Virus record (IMG/VR): IMGVR_UViG_3300037247_001044
Location: 6,831 to 70,830 of that record
Length of the DNA stretch: 64,000 nucleotides
Strand: one strand, 5' to 3'
Origin: a virus
The number at the start of each line of letters is the position of its first letter. Positions within the stretch are counted from its first letter, which is position 1. Below, one piece after another: positions 20,105 through 30,565 of the stretch. The notes beneath the pieces are model-generated. The model ran no database searches. It was not told the DNA's origin and saw only the letters and a program-made list of their open reading frames with translations. The position numbers and the translations under genes were made by a program.

Positions 20105-20773
20105 TTAGGGGACATTCTGCTTCTCTTCAAACAGGTGGCGGGCAAGGCCAAAGTCGGCCTGGGTGTCGATGTCGATCGAATCGCCGCGCGACACGTACCA
20201 CGATGGGCGTGCCCCAATATGATAGCCGGTCCGGTCGATGGCGTCGCGGGTGAGAATCGAGAGCGTGAACGGAAACGTGTAGAATTGGGGCAGGTTTTGG
20301 CCGGTGGTATGCCATTCGCCCCACTGCCAACCGATCGGGCGAAAACACTCGTCGAGCAAGTACGCCTTGTGTGGATAGACGACACAAATAGAATCGTAGC
20401 CGTGGGCTTTTGCGTCAGGCCAAGAATCCAGGACCTCGTGGTATTCGTCAAACAACGGATCGCAGACTTGCGACCATATCAAGTCATCGTCTCCCGGCAC
20501 TTGGGCGCAGGTCCATCGAATCCAGTCCCCGAACGATATGCCATTGCTACAGAGTTCAGCGCTACAGAGAATCGGCGTCACACCCCAGCGTTTGTTGAGA
20601 CGCTCCAGCCGTTCGGCGTCCTCACAACTGACGTAGATGTCGGCCGCATCGAGTCCCGCGTTCAGTAGGGCCTCGATGTTGATATCGACCAGCGAAGATT
20701 GATTGTGAAACGGACGCCAGTTTTTATCCGGCACCCGTTTGCTACTTGTTTTTGCGGGGATGATTGCTCGCAT
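20105..20773 (-). CDS. acylneuraminate cytidylyltransferase (NeuA/KdsB-like)
   Basis: IIPAKTSSKRVPDKN ... SIDIDTQADF. Confidence 0.85.
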   Translation of the reverse strand: MRAIIPAKTSSKRVPDKNWRPFHNQSSLVDINIEALLNAGLDAADIYVSCEDAERLERLNKRWGVTPILCSAELCSNGISFGDWIRWTCAQVPGDDDLIWSQVCDPLFDEYHEVLDSWPDAKAHGYDSICVVYPHKAYLLDECFRPIGWQWGEWHTTGQNLPQFYTFPFTLSILTRDAIDRTGYHIGARPSWYVSRGDSIDIDTQADFGLARHLFEEKQNVP

Positions 20774-21353
20774 TGTACCACTCCGTTTTCGTGTTATAGA
20801 GTTCTCGCAATAGCCCGGCCAGCGTTCTCTCAACTCGCGGCCAGACCGACATATCATCGGGCAGTTTGGGTTTACCAACAAGCCCGGGCGCGTATTCCCG
20901 CCCTCCACCACCGGTTCCAATAATCCGAATCCGCTTGTATCCAATCTTGGCCAACCAACTCATGGCGGCTGCCACGGTGTGGTGATGCGCAACGCCGCCG
21001 GTCGAGAGTCGGAAACGCAGGTTATCGGCCATGCAAGAATTGCAGGCGTACCGCAGCCGCTTGTGGGCAGGGAAGTCGGCGGGCAGTTCTTCCGAACCGA
21101 TTAGCTTGGACGGGGACACGAAGCAATCCACGCGAGACCAAAGTGGCCGCATCGGTTCCCCAAATCGAGCGTGGCAGAAAAACGCAAACCGGATCGGCTG
21201 CTGTTTTCGCAATAGCAGCCCGGCCTCGTTGATAATCGCGACGTCAGAACCGGGGCAGGCGTCGATCCACTTCTGGGCGTGGATGGCCGTCGGTCCCTTG
21301 GCGACGATGGTTATGGTGCGGCTCATCGCTAGTCCTCCCACTCGAAGGATCAT
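20742..21353 (-). CDS. putative Rossmann-like sugar transferase
   Basis: TIVAKGPT..AIINEA..GYKRIRIIG pattern; adjacent to NeuA-like gene. Confidence 0.4.
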   Translation of the reverse strand: MILRVGGLAMSRTITIVAKGPTAIHAQKWIDACPGSDVAIINEAGLLLRKQQPIRFAFFCHARFGEPMRPLWSRVDCFVSPSKLIGSEELPADFPAHKRLRYACNSCMADNLRFRLSTGGVAHHHTVAAAMSWLAKIGYKRIRIIGTGGGGREYAPGLVGKPKLPDDMSVWPRVERTLAGLLRELYNTKTEWYNASNHPRKNK

Positions 21354-21435
21354 GGCTTGTTCCTCCGATGCCCCCGAAGCCGGTAACCGAACCAGAATCC
21401 TATATACCAAACGCAAAACACAAATACATATTCGC

Positions 21436-22968
21436 TCATCGTTTTGCCTTTCCGAAGCATCGGCCAGCGGGGGGGCACACGACAAGCCGACCAGTCAGCT
21501 CGGCTATTCGTGCGGCCTGGCGTGAATCGCTTTCGACGTAAAACTTGGGTTGGATCGCGCTGCGTTTCGCGAGGAATGTCTGGAGAGCATCGGCCTTCCA
21601 TGCGGCGACGTCGGAGCCTCGTCGGTCGGCCAACGACTCCCACGGCCCCATGATGAGTTGTTTGGCCTTCACCCCCCAGCGATCCATCCATGCTAGCGTG
21701 TCCGGCCGGTAGCGTTCAAGCCGAGCGGTCACGATTAGCTTGGCGGCTCGCTTGCGGACCAAGTGAAGAGGGGGGGTTTCCTCAAGAAACCGTCGATACC
21801 GTGGCCCATCGTCATCGTCGCCGGGCGCGCAGTCGTGGCAGAGAATCCCGTCGAAATCGAGGGCGAATGAGTCCAGCAAAACCGAGTTGAACAGATTCCA
21901 TTCCAGCAAATGTGGCCATGGTAAGTCCATCGCCCAAATATCTGGCTTGGCAATTGCCGCCGGGTTGACGTAGACGGCCGCGTAGATCTTCTCGCCGGGC
22001 ATCTTCGCAATGACGTTTTTTGTTCTCTTCAGGCTGTTGCCCGTCATCGTAGTATCGTCAATGACAAGGATTTTTCCTTTTCCTTTCGGCGTGCCCTCAT
22101 TCAGTCGCCAACCATTGCCGGCAGGCACCCAATCTCCCTGGTGGTGCCGGATAACGATCATCGGCAGGTGGAGAGCCATCGACAGAAGCGTCCCCGGGGC
22201 AAGCCCAGACCTACTGACGGCGGCGATTTGCGTAATGTCCGGCGGCAATCTCGGAACCAGAGAAAGAGTATCAGACGCCAACCGCTCCGTGGTGATATAT
22301 TCTGGCGTATCGCCGACGGGCCTGAAGGCCGATAGCCAGTTGCCGCGAGGCTTCCATGGGGCGATTTTGCGGATTGATGTGTTGCGACTGGGTGTCTTCT
22401 TGATTGCTTTCTGGACCTTTCTGCGGATCGCCAGCTTCAGGGCCGGTTCTTCCAGTTTCACGACCGAGAATAGACGGCGTAGGAATGGCTGGTTCTCACT
22501 CATCCACTTTTGGGCTCGCGGTAGGATATCAGCGACAATCTGATCGAGCCGACGAACACAGCCTTGTTTGCCCCACCGATCCATCCGTCCAGCCAAATCG
22601 ATACACTCTTGGCAATGAGGCATCCCGGACTTCTCGAACGACTTCAGCAGCATGCTTCCCGGACCCCAGCCGTTTGGTGGAGGAGCACTCACCTTTGATC
22701 TGCTACCTCCACCACCACAAGAGCGGCAACCGCCGGAAGACGGTTTGGATGATTTCGGTTTGGCGGACCCCCTGCGTCCTCCCCTCTTGGGTGCGGGACG
22801 ATTGTCAGCGCCGGAGACAGCAGGCAGTCCCATCCTTTCTCGATAGGCATTCAACTTGCCGATGGGCATATCGGCCGTCCCATCGCAGATAGCACGGGGG
22901 CGACTGCCTTTTGGCCATTGTTCGCAGACGGCGGCCTGGTCGTTTTGCTTCGTCTCTTGTGTGTTCAT
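21436..22968 (-). CDS. multidomain protein: Cys-rich N-terminus + phosphoribosyltransferase + HAD-like domain
   Basis: AVSRSG...ILVIDDTTMTGNS (PRT loop); ALDFDGIL...IVTAR...YVESD (HAD motifs). Confidence 0.75.
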   Translation of the reverse strand: MNTQETKQNDQAAVCEQWPKGSRPRAICDGTADMPIGKLNAYRERMGLPAVSGADNRPAPKRGGRRGSAKPKSSKPSSGGCRSCGGGGSRSKVSAPPPNGWGPGSMLLKSFEKSGMPHCQECIDLAGRMDRWGKQGCVRRLDQIVADILPRAQKWMSENQPFLRRLFSVVKLEEPALKLAIRRKVQKAIKKTPSRNTSIRKIAPWKPRGNWLSAFRPVGDTPEYITTERLASDTLSLVPRLPPDITQIAAVSRSGLAPGTLLSMALHLPMIVIRHHQGDWVPAGNGWRLNEGTPKGKGKILVIDDTTMTGNSLKRTKNVIAKMPGEKIYAAVYVNPAAIAKPDIWAMDLPWPHLLEWNLFNSVLLDSFALDFDGILCHDCAPGDDDDGPRYRRFLEETPPLHLVRKRAAKLIVTARLERYRPDTLAWMDRWGVKAKQLIMGPWESLADRRGSDVAAWKADALQTFLAKRSAIQPKFYVESDSRQAARIAELTGRLVVCPPAGRCFGKAKR

Positions 22969-24746
22969 TCGATTATTGTGACCTGGAGTCGGTAGGCTCC
23001 ATCACTATCAGGACAATCAAGCAAGGTGGTAGCAATCAATTCGCCACTGTCTGCAAAATACGGGTCGCACTCCTCAGTAGCCATTATAACCTCTCCACTT
23101 TGGCCGAATTGATGGCACTCACCCCCAACCACAAGCATCTCTAGTAAGGCGTTACGAAACTCAAACTTGACGAGACAGTCTCCTACCGTCAAGTAACCTA
23201 CGTAGCCACACGAATATTTTATGCCCAGGTCTGCGCCTTCCCACAAGTCTGCGGTCTGCCAGAAATACAACGTCACGTCATAAGTACAGTCCACTGGATA
23301 ACCGGACGTGTCACCAGGTTCCGACCACTCGTGAATATGGACGAATATCTGGTCAGGGTGTCCCCCACACTCTTCGTTGCAAGGTGTCGCTTCATCGCAT
23401 TTCCCGCGAACACAGTCAGGGATCAAAGATGAACCGAAGACCGTGAGCGGTATGCTCACATCGTTCAGCTCGAAACTAAAGAACTCCGACCCTGGATCAA
23501 ATTCGCCCGTCTCAACTTCTGCTGGGGGGCCGCATGAAAATGTTGCCGTGCCTTCAAACGGAGAGTAGAGTTCAGGCATGTCCACGGAAACGACGCATTT
23601 CCCCGGCGCAGAACTAAGAACAAGACGAACACGATCTCCATCGGCGCCCCATCGACGCTCGTCAACGTCCCACACAAGCAGATGATAGGTGGCATCCACC
23701 TCGTCCACCACAACCACACAAATCTCTTCGGGAATACAACGACAGTTGCCACAAAAAAAATGCCAGCAACTGCAATTACCACACCGAACCGTGCTTACAA
23801 TTATTTCACTGTCCACTTCAGTAGCGAACAATTCGTCCAAGCCACACGAACATCCCTGCTCGATGTCGATTACAATAGGCGAAAAAATCTCATTTCCAGA
23901 TGCCTCCAAAGCCGGCGCCAATATGCAATTTCCGTATTCATCCTCTGTTAGATATATCCGCTCATTGAAACTCGTGCCCGGAGGAAGATAGGTCCAACCT
24001 CGTCCCATCTCGTTATCAAACCACTTGAACTCAGCATGTTCAACTTGTCCATGGGCATGACGCTTTCCGTGCAGACATATCCGCGAGCAGACCTGCTCGC
24101 ATTCTCCACACGCACCTTCGTACGATTCACCCAACTCTCTGAATTTGCCTTCCGGAACCTCGGCATCTTCATGTTTTAGATATGGCAAACGAGCTTTGCG
24201 GTGATCATCCAAAAAAAGGGTCCCAAAACAATTCGTCGGGCCTTCCACTCCGGCAATCTCCATCGCAGTCGGGACGGACAAACAGGTGACTTGGTCGTGA
24301 TCGACCTCATATGATTGGTCGAAGATGACAGAATCGTTCTGCGTCGCGACAACATGCCAAACGCAGTTATCGTATTCATCCAGACCGAGATCCACTACGA
24401 CCGAGATGCCAAACATTGAGCCAGAATAGACCGCAGATCGCTCCAAACCACGCGTATGAAACATCAATTCAGCATGGCTTTGGCAGCACGCGTTTTCGAT
24501 ATCATCGGGGATAAATCGAAGATAGATTCCTCGCGGGACACAGCGGCAACAGTAGGCAAGCTGCACCGGCTTATCTTCATGTGTTGGTAGGTTTAGCCGA
24601 ACAAACCTACAGGGGTCACAGCAGCAGCATTGATAAAGACTGCCCAGCCCTTCAGGCAAGGCACCTGACTCATCGTGGAATTCTCTGCATTGCAGATTCC
24701 CTCGACAGCGATCCGGGCCCTGAGATTCCTCTGAATACTGGCTCAT
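22965..24746 (-). CDS. Cys-rich acidic tail/virion protein
   Basis: Many Cys clusters (CCCDPC, CGNCSC); downstream of tape measure. Confidence 0.5.
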   Translation of the reverse strand: MSQYSEESQGPDRCRGNLQCREFHDESGALPEGLGSLYQCCCCDPCRFVRLNLPTHEDKPVQLAYCCRCVPRGIYLRFIPDDIENACCQSHAELMFHTRGLERSAVYSGSMFGISVVVDLGLDEYDNCVWHVVATQNDSVIFDQSYEVDHDQVTCLSVPTAMEIAGVEGPTNCFGTLFLDDHRKARLPYLKHEDAEVPEGKFRELGESYEGACGECEQVCSRICLHGKRHAHGQVEHAEFKWFDNEMGRGWTYLPPGTSFNERIYLTEDEYGNCILAPALEASGNEIFSPIVIDIEQGCSCGLDELFATEVDSEIIVSTVRCGNCSCWHFFCGNCRCIPEEICVVVVDEVDATYHLLVWDVDERRWGADGDRVRLVLSSAPGKCVVSVDMPELYSPFEGTATFSCGPPAEVETGEFDPGSEFFSFELNDVSIPLTVFGSSLIPDCVRGKCDEATPCNEECGGHPDQIFVHIHEWSEPGDTSGYPVDCTYDVTLYFWQTADLWEGADLGIKYSCGYVGYLTVGDCLVKFEFRNALLEMLVVGGECHQFGQSGEVIMATEECDPYFADSGELIATTLLDCPDSDGAYRLQVTIIE

Positions 24747-24754
24747 CGGTTCCG

Positions 24755-25447
24755 CTATGAGGAGTAAATTTCTTCCGTGCAGCAGAGAGTTTGTACCGTC
24801 CACCAGCAAGATGGATCGTACAACATCTCTACACAGTCTGGGATATCAAAATACGGCCCACGCGCCATGTAGACTGCCATGCCTTCCGACAGTTCAAGCA
24901 CGCCAATCGGTATGCTGAACCAACAGCCGGCAGGATCATAGATATCAACTTCATCGCCGGTCTCGAAAGAAGAATTACACGAAACCGCCAATATTTCGGC
25001 ACGGACCCCAGAACATGCTGACGATATTTCCGCTCCGAAAGGCAGCAAATAAAGCACGCGGAAACTAATTATCTCAGTCCCGCTAGATCCTCCCATCTCG
25101 ACGCATCGCGTACCGTGCAACGTCAGTCCGGTTTGGGCATAGATCCCGCCTGTTACGTTCGTAGTTTCGAGATTGAAAACTTCGATTTCTTCGTCGGTCT
25201 CCAGGAGCGTCTTGTCTTCGGCGGTAGAGGTTTCGACAAGCCTCGTGCATATCGCGGAATAGATGGTAGTGCCAACCCTGGCCGGAATTCCGTCTGCGTG
25301 TGTCTTGACGAGTATCTTGTCTCCCCTGGACAGCCTGTTTTGTGGCAGGGGAGAACGGCGACGATGTCCCTCTATGGCGTCCGCGCTGGCAGCCGATTCT
25401 GCCGTCGTGGGCGGGCGAAACGTCTGTCCCTTGCGGTAGCGTCGCAT
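24755..25447 (-). CDS. putative tail protein
   Basis: Position in tail operon, coupled to neighbours. Confidence 0.45.
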   Translation of the reverse strand: MRRYRKGQTFRPPTTAESAASADAIEGHRRRSPLPQNRLSRGDKILVKTHADGIPARVGTTIYSAICTRLVETSTAEDKTLLETDEEIEVFNLETTNVTGGIYAQTGLTLHGTRCVEMGGSSGTEIISFRVLYLLPFGAEISSACSGVRAEILAVSCNSSFETGDEVDIYDPAGCWFSIPIGVLELSEGMAVYMARGPYFDIPDCVEMLYDPSCWWTVQTLCCTEEIYSS

Positions 25448-26310
25448 TATGGCCCACCCCACCCAAACACGGATGCGTAAGCCGTCCATTCACGACCAAT
25501 CGGCCGAATGATTTCTATGCAGTCGATCGGGCGAATCGCCCGTACCAATCCCCCGCCATCCGTGTCAGTGTCCCACTTGTAGACCGGTGAGACGATATCG
25601 AATCCTTTCTTCTCGGCAATCGTGATGCCGCCAACCACCAAATTGGTAACATTGCGCGAAACCTCGAACGAATATTCCGCCGATGCCTCAGCTTCTGATT
25701 CTGTTGCGTTGCCGCCGGCGTAGGCAATCTCGCCGGGATCGTATCCCAAAAATGTATCGTTGTTTGGATGGCCGACCAGTGTTCCGACGGCTCGCAGGTA
25801 TGCGTGATTCAAAAACATCTGTGGATGCCGGTACGAAATAACGATTCGCGTTTGGCCGAACGGGACATCAACCCCGACAACTTCTTGACCGTCAAAGATC
25901 ACGCCTCCGTTATTTGAGCAACTCTCGCCCGGATATCCGCTATCTTCTGGATAGCCTGCAATTCTTTCTCCGGCCGTTGCTTTGGCGGTTCCGGCTGCGT
26001 GTTCAACGCGAACGAGGTATGTTCCTGTTTGGTTGTTGTAGGGCGAGTAGGTCACACTAATTTCGTACAGTTGAGCGTAGTACGATTCGTGCAACTGAAT
26101 GGAATTCCAGAACAACGTACCCATCGGTGTGCTGTAGACCGGGTAGGTCGTCTGGATGAGCCCCATGACCAACGAAGCCACCACATCAAATGCGTCGCCA
26201 CCTCCGATATATGGGAGCGTTCCTTTGACGCGCATCTTGCGAACGATCGTCTGATTATCGCGGTCAAGCGACTGATCCGATCCGGTGATGTCCTCCAGAG
26301 TCAACGCCAT
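25447..26310 (-). CDS. putative tail tip/distal tail protein
   Basis: Immediately after TMP; VGHPNNDTFLGYDPGE motif. Confidence 0.55.
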   Translation of the reverse strand: MALTLEDITGSDQSLDRDNQTIVRKMRVKGTLPYIGGGDAFDVVASLVMGLIQTTYPVYSTPMGTLFWNSIQLHESYYAQLYEISVTYSPYNNQTGTYLVRVEHAAGTAKATAGERIAGYPEDSGYPGESCSNNGGVIFDGQEVVGVDVPFGQTRIVISYRHPQMFLNHAYLRAVGTLVGHPNNDTFLGYDPGEIAYAGGNATESEAEASAEYSFEVSRNVTNLVVGGITIAEKKGFDIVSPVYKWDTDTDGGGLVRAIRPIDCIEIIRPIGREWTAYASVFGWGGP

Positions 26311-29024
26311 CAGTTCACCCTCCACCTGGCGAGAAACTGCTCGGTTGCCGCCAGTTGCTTCGCTGTGTTTTCGGCGATGCGATCTATCCCGGCCAGTTTG
26401 ATCGCCGCTTTGGCCGTGTGTTTGTTGATCCCTGCAAGCTCGGCAACCATTTTCGCCTCGGGGCCAGCGGCACCGGGCTGAAATCCCGAGATTCGCGCGG
26501 CCGCGGCTGAATAGGTCGCGGTCAGAGCGATGCCACGGGGAGCGACCCTTCTTCCAACGTCCGCGTCTGACTGGTCAAGCTGTCTGAGCCGCATGTCGAA
26601 GTGCTTTTGAATAGCATCCAGGTCGGGACCCGTGTCGCCGGTGTCGCGCAAGGCAATCCGCCGCTCGTGCTCTATCAACTTCCGTTGCCGCTCTTTCTCG
26701 TCCGTCGTGCTCATCTCGATTTCCAGGCGTCTGGTCTGGTCGCGGAGGCGTGTGGTTGCGTCCTCACGCAGACCCGCATTCCATTCGGCCTGCTCTTGTC
26801 TTTGCCGGGCGACATTGATCGCGACACCCTCGAGCGCGGCATTGCGAGCGTCTTCAACCAGCCTCAGGCTCGCGCCGAGCTTCTCCGCGTTCTCTCTCTC
26901 GACCGCGTATCGCTTCGAGATCGCCGCGATGGATCGCTGCTCTTCGTCCTCGATCTGTTGAATCCGGTAGTCGCTGATCTCGTCGATGAGGCGTTTATTC
27001 ATCGCAACCGCGTCGTCGGATATTGGTTCCGGCGTTGCGGGGTCGGCTGCCGGTGCGACATCGCCCTCGCCTCGCACCTCACGGTTGTAGAAGGCTACTT
27101 CTGCCGAAGCAGCCCTCCAAGCTTTGCCGAGTGCTGAGAGATTACGAAGCCTGGAATCAATCTCCCTCTGCTGGTTGGCCATGATCTCGGTATTGCTCTT
27201 CCCGATAAATGGCACGTCAAAGCTCTCGGAGTTCGCCACCATCGCGTCCACGAGTTCCTTGATATTCCCCTGCTCCTCAAGGAAGGATGCTTGCAGCTGG
27301 GCTTGTTTCGCTTCCGCCTGCAACTTGTTTACTTCCTCTTGAATCTTTGCAAAACCTTCAAGCTGCCTCGTCGCTTCATTGACCGTCAGCCCGAGATCGC
27401 CGTAGGTATCGGTAAGCGACTGAATAAGCCCCGCCGCAGTGGCCATCTCCACGTTGGTTAATTTTTGCTTACCGGCTAGTGCGGCTAGTGCGGCTAGTCG
27501 GCCTTGCTCTTGCGCTCTTAACTGATCCCCCTTCGCAAGTGCATCACTCATCGCGGAAGTCAATTCTGCCGTCTGGAATGTTAGCCATTGAAACGCCGCG
27601 GCGGCTGCTAATGCCGCAACCGCTACGGCCGTGATCGGATGGGCGAGCATGACGGCGATCAGCGCGTCGGCTGCCGCGGCAGTCACGACAAGGGCAAACC
27701 CGAGTAGCGAGGTGGCCGTCGTCAATACAGTCATCCCCACGGTAGACAACGAGAGCACACCAACCAGCCCCGTTATCGTCGCCTTCAGCACGCCTATCCC
27801 GGCAGCGGCCAAGGTGCTTGCGGCACCAAGTGCCATGAGCGCGACACCTGCCGCTAAGAGCACGACTGCACCGGCAGCTACTGCAACAACCAACTTCTTG
27901 TTGTTCTTCACGAACGTCTCAATCGCTTTCACTGCCGACAGAAAGGCATCCTTATACGGCAGAATCGAGTCCGTAATTGCCTTGCCGATTGCAAGCTTGA
28001 CGTTCCTGATCTGCTCAAGCAACTGGGTCCAAATAAGCAGGGGACCTTTCATTTTCTCAAATGCAGTATTTACGTTGCCTGCCCTGTCCGCCATTGCTTT
28101 AAGGTCATCACTGAATCCCTCCATCTTGGCGATTGCGGGAAAGATACCGCGAAGGGCACGGATGTTTGGAAAGATCTTCGCGACCTCCCCCGGTTTCAGT
28201 TTGCTCAGGCGTTCTAGCACGCCCGTCATGCCGATAGCCTGTAGCGTGCTGGCACCTAGTTCATCGCCGAATTTTTCTGCCCAGAGTGCGGCGCCGGCAG
28301 CCTCTGGTTTTAGAAATGTGGCGGAGATCGCCTGCAACGCCGTCAGGGCTAGCTCGGTCCCGCCGGTAGCCCTGGTTAGGAGAGCCGTAGAAGCACCCAT
28401 GTCTTCGAGCGACGTGCCGGCAGCCTTGGAGACGGCGATAATCCTGCCAAGGTTCTGCGCCAACTCCGGCAGGGTTGTCCGACCTCGCTTGTTGATCGCG
28501 AAAAGAAAGTCCGCCGCATCGGCGGCGTCAGTGAATGAGTCGCCGTAGGTCTCCATCAGGGTATTGAGCACGGAAACCGAAGCGGCGACTTCGGCATTGC
28601 CGGCGGCAGCGAGCTTAGTTGCCGCCGCTAGGCGTTGCATTGCAAGTTCAGGAGGGATCGTTGCAGAGAGGATGTCGAATAGACCCGCAGCAAGATCCGC
28701 TTTTGCCTTGCCAAACTCGACCGACATATCCTTGATGCCCTGCCGAAAATTAGGCAGAAACTGTTCGGGGTTGTCCAGCATCGTGGAGACGTTCCGCATC
28801 GCGTTGTCAAAGTCGGCGAACGACCGTGCAGCGAAAGCGAATGAGGCGGTCACCGCGGTTCCGATGAATCCAACTTGCCTACCTATCATCGAAGCGGACG
28901 TACCGAAGTTGCGTAGCTTTGTTTGCGCAGCCTGCAAAACTCGCACGAGCTGGGCGCTTATGTCGTTCTTGAGGTACAACCGCACAAATGCCCTGCCGGC
29001 TTCTACATCCGCTCTACTCGGCAT
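26310..29024 (-). CDS. tail tape measure protein (TP901-like core)
   Basis: 904 aa, Ala-rich, AGRAFVRL, FADFDNAMRNV, hydrophobic segments. Confidence 0.9.
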   Translation of the reverse strand: MPSRADVEAGRAFVRLYLKNDISAQLVRVLQAAQTKLRNFGTSASMIGRQVGFIGTAVTASFAFAARSFADFDNAMRNVSTMLDNPEQFLPNFRQGIKDMSVEFGKAKADLAAGLFDILSATIPPELAMQRLAAATKLAAAGNAEVAASVSVLNTLMETYGDSFTDAADAADFLFAINKRGRTTLPELAQNLGRIIAVSKAAGTSLEDMGASTALLTRATGGTELALTALQAISATFLKPEAAGAALWAEKFGDELGASTLQAIGMTGVLERLSKLKPGEVAKIFPNIRALRGIFPAIAKMEGFSDDLKAMADRAGNVNTAFEKMKGPLLIWTQLLEQIRNVKLAIGKAITDSILPYKDAFLSAVKAIETFVKNNKKLVVAVAAGAVVLLAAGVALMALGAASTLAAAGIGVLKATITGLVGVLSLSTVGMTVLTTATSLLGFALVVTAAAADALIAVMLAHPITAVAVAALAAAAAFQWLTFQTAELTSAMSDALAKGDQLRAQEQGRLAALAALAGKQKLTNVEMATAAGLIQSLTDTYGDLGLTVNEATRQLEGFAKIQEEVNKLQAEAKQAQLQASFLEEQGNIKELVDAMVANSESFDVPFIGKSNTEIMANQQREIDSRLRNLSALGKAWRAASAEVAFYNREVRGEGDVAPAADPATPEPISDDAVAMNKRLIDEISDYRIQQIEDEEQRSIAAISKRYAVERENAEKLGASLRLVEDARNAALEGVAINVARQRQEQAEWNAGLREDATTRLRDQTRRLEIEMSTTDEKERQRKLIEHERRIALRDTGDTGPDLDAIQKHFDMRLRQLDQSDADVGRRVAPRGIALTATYSAAAARISGFQPGAAGPEAKMVAELAGINKHTAKAAIKLAGIDRIAENTAKQLAATEQFLARWRVN

Positions 29025-29025
29025 A

Positions 29026-29517
29026 TCAGCCTCTCCCGGCTAGCCGCTTCTTTTCTCGATAAGCCGCTTCCAACGCTTCCCGCATCTGTGGCGTGTCTGG
29101 CAGCGGGTATTGTTTGTACTCGGCGACGTTGCCGGTTTTTACAAATCGCTCCGCATCGAACTTCTTTTGCTGCCATATCATCGCTCGTACATCGAGAGCT
29201 AGCGTTCGCCGCGATTCACGAGCAGCAACCGCCATTAGCCAGAGGTCTCTGAGGGCGAGTCCTCTGGGGCTCACTCGGCACTCTCCGGCGAGTCGTCGAC
29301 AGGCGTCGGAGGCATGGCATCCGGGACGTGTACAGACTTCCCGCCCGGCGATAATTGCAAACTCCCACCCTCCGCTATCTCTTGCAGAGCCGCGCTCATG
29401 ACGTCCCGCTGAACTTGCTTGTCCATCTTCGTGAAGGCGACCGCCATTTGCATTTGTTCCGGCGACATCTCCGGTTGATTCCTCCGCGTCGTCAAGGCCG
29501 ATTGCATCGCGGACCAT
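29026..29517 (-). CDS. tail assembly chaperone, downstream (-1 frame) part
   Basis: Overlaps 29271-29816 in the -1 frame, directly before TMP; true start uncertain. Confidence 0.45.
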   Translation of the reverse strand: MVRDAIGLDDAEESTGDVAGTNANGGRLHEDGQASSAGRHERGSARDSGGWEFAIIAGREVCTRPGCHASDACRRLAGECRVSPRGLALRDLWLMAVAARESRRTLALDVRAMIWQQKKFDAERFVKTGNVAEYKQYPLPDTPQMREALEAAYREKKRLAGRG

Positions 29518-29816
29518 TCGGTCGCCGGGAAAAAATCCGCGAGAGCTTCCAGCACTGCCTCCCGTGCCCGTATGAGAGCGTCCTTGCGGATCTGCTTGAT
29601 GAATTCGGCCGGCGACTTACTCCTCTCCTTGAGTTGCTCGGCGCACACGACTGCCAGTACGCGCCCCAAGGCTTTCGCGTCTCGCACAACCGCGAACAGC
29701 CCGCCTGCTGACAAGTCCGCCAAGTCAACTTTGGCTTCCTTATCGACACGGTCCAACAGGAAGCAATCGAATTCAAACTGCCAATCAAGCCCCTTATGGT
29801 CGCTGAACTTACTCAC
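29271..29816 (-). CDS. tail assembly chaperone
   Basis: Position upstream of TMP, AGGAG SD. Confidence 0.6.
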   Translation of the reverse strand: MSKFSDHKGLDWQFEFDCFLLDRVDKEAKVDLADLSAGGLFAVVRDAKALGRVLAVVCAEQLKERSKSPAEFIKQIRKDALIRAREAVLEALADFFPATEWSAMQSALTTRRNQPEMSPEQMQMAVAFTKMDKQVQRDVMSAALQEIAEGGSLQLSPGGKSVHVPDAMPPTPVDDSPESAE

Positions 29817-29909
29817 GATTGTTTTCTCCTAGCCCGATATGGAAAACGCCCCGCCGGGTCGGGCACCGACAGGGCGCGTGTACTGCCCGGGCACAGGGCC
29901 AGCAGACTA

Positions 29910-30554
29910 TTAAGCCGCAACGATTCCGACGACCAGATAAACAGTTGCCTCAAACAGGGAATCATGCGACACCTTGCCCGCCACGATTCTGTTGCCCGTG
30001 TAGATGTTGGTGTCGCCATTCGAGATGTTTGTGATGTTTTCCAGACCGTTTGGTGTTTCGTGAACAAGGTCATGTTCCGCGATCGTCACCGACCCACCAT
30101 CGAGCAAATCCAAGTGTGCCTTGGCACCGGTATCGCTCGGATTGCGATAAAACACACCAACGATCTGTGCGTCATCGCCGTCGAAATTGACCTCCCAGTC
30201 AATCTGCTCTACAACGGCCGCGATAGCAAAATCCTGTGCCGGCAAATCATCACCGGCCCCGCCGTCAATGGTCACGTCGTTACTGGAAACGGTAGCATCC
30301 ATCCCGTACCGCACACCGCCAACCCAGTACACGTCGACGACATTTCCAGTTGTTATCCCGTGGCCGGTAGCCAGTTGGACTATGCCGGTGTCGGCGTCGG
30401 TCCGTGTGCCCAACGCTCCATCAGTCTGGGCCGCCACCAACGCTGGGAGGACCTTGGTGAACTCCAGCACCGACTCAACACTGACGGGCGCCGATTGGTC
30501 GCTGAACGAATATCCCGGTGACGAGAACGACCGTATCGATCTTACTTCCGGCAT
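29910..30554 (-). CDS. virion structural protein
   Basis: Acidic, beta-rich ORF in the morphogenesis operon. Confidence 0.5.
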   Translation of the reverse strand: MPEVRSIRSFSSPGYSFSDQSAPVSVESVLEFTKVLPALVAAQTDGALGTRTDADTGIVQLATGHGITTGNVVDVYWVGGVRYGMDATVSSNDVTIDGGAGDDLPAQDFAIAAVVEQIDWEVNFDGDDAQIVGVFYRNPSDTGAKAHLDLLDGGSVTIAEHDLVHETPNGLENITNISNGDTNIYTGNRIVAGKVSHDSLFEATVYLVVGIVAA

Positions 30555-30565
30555 CGCTTCGCCCC

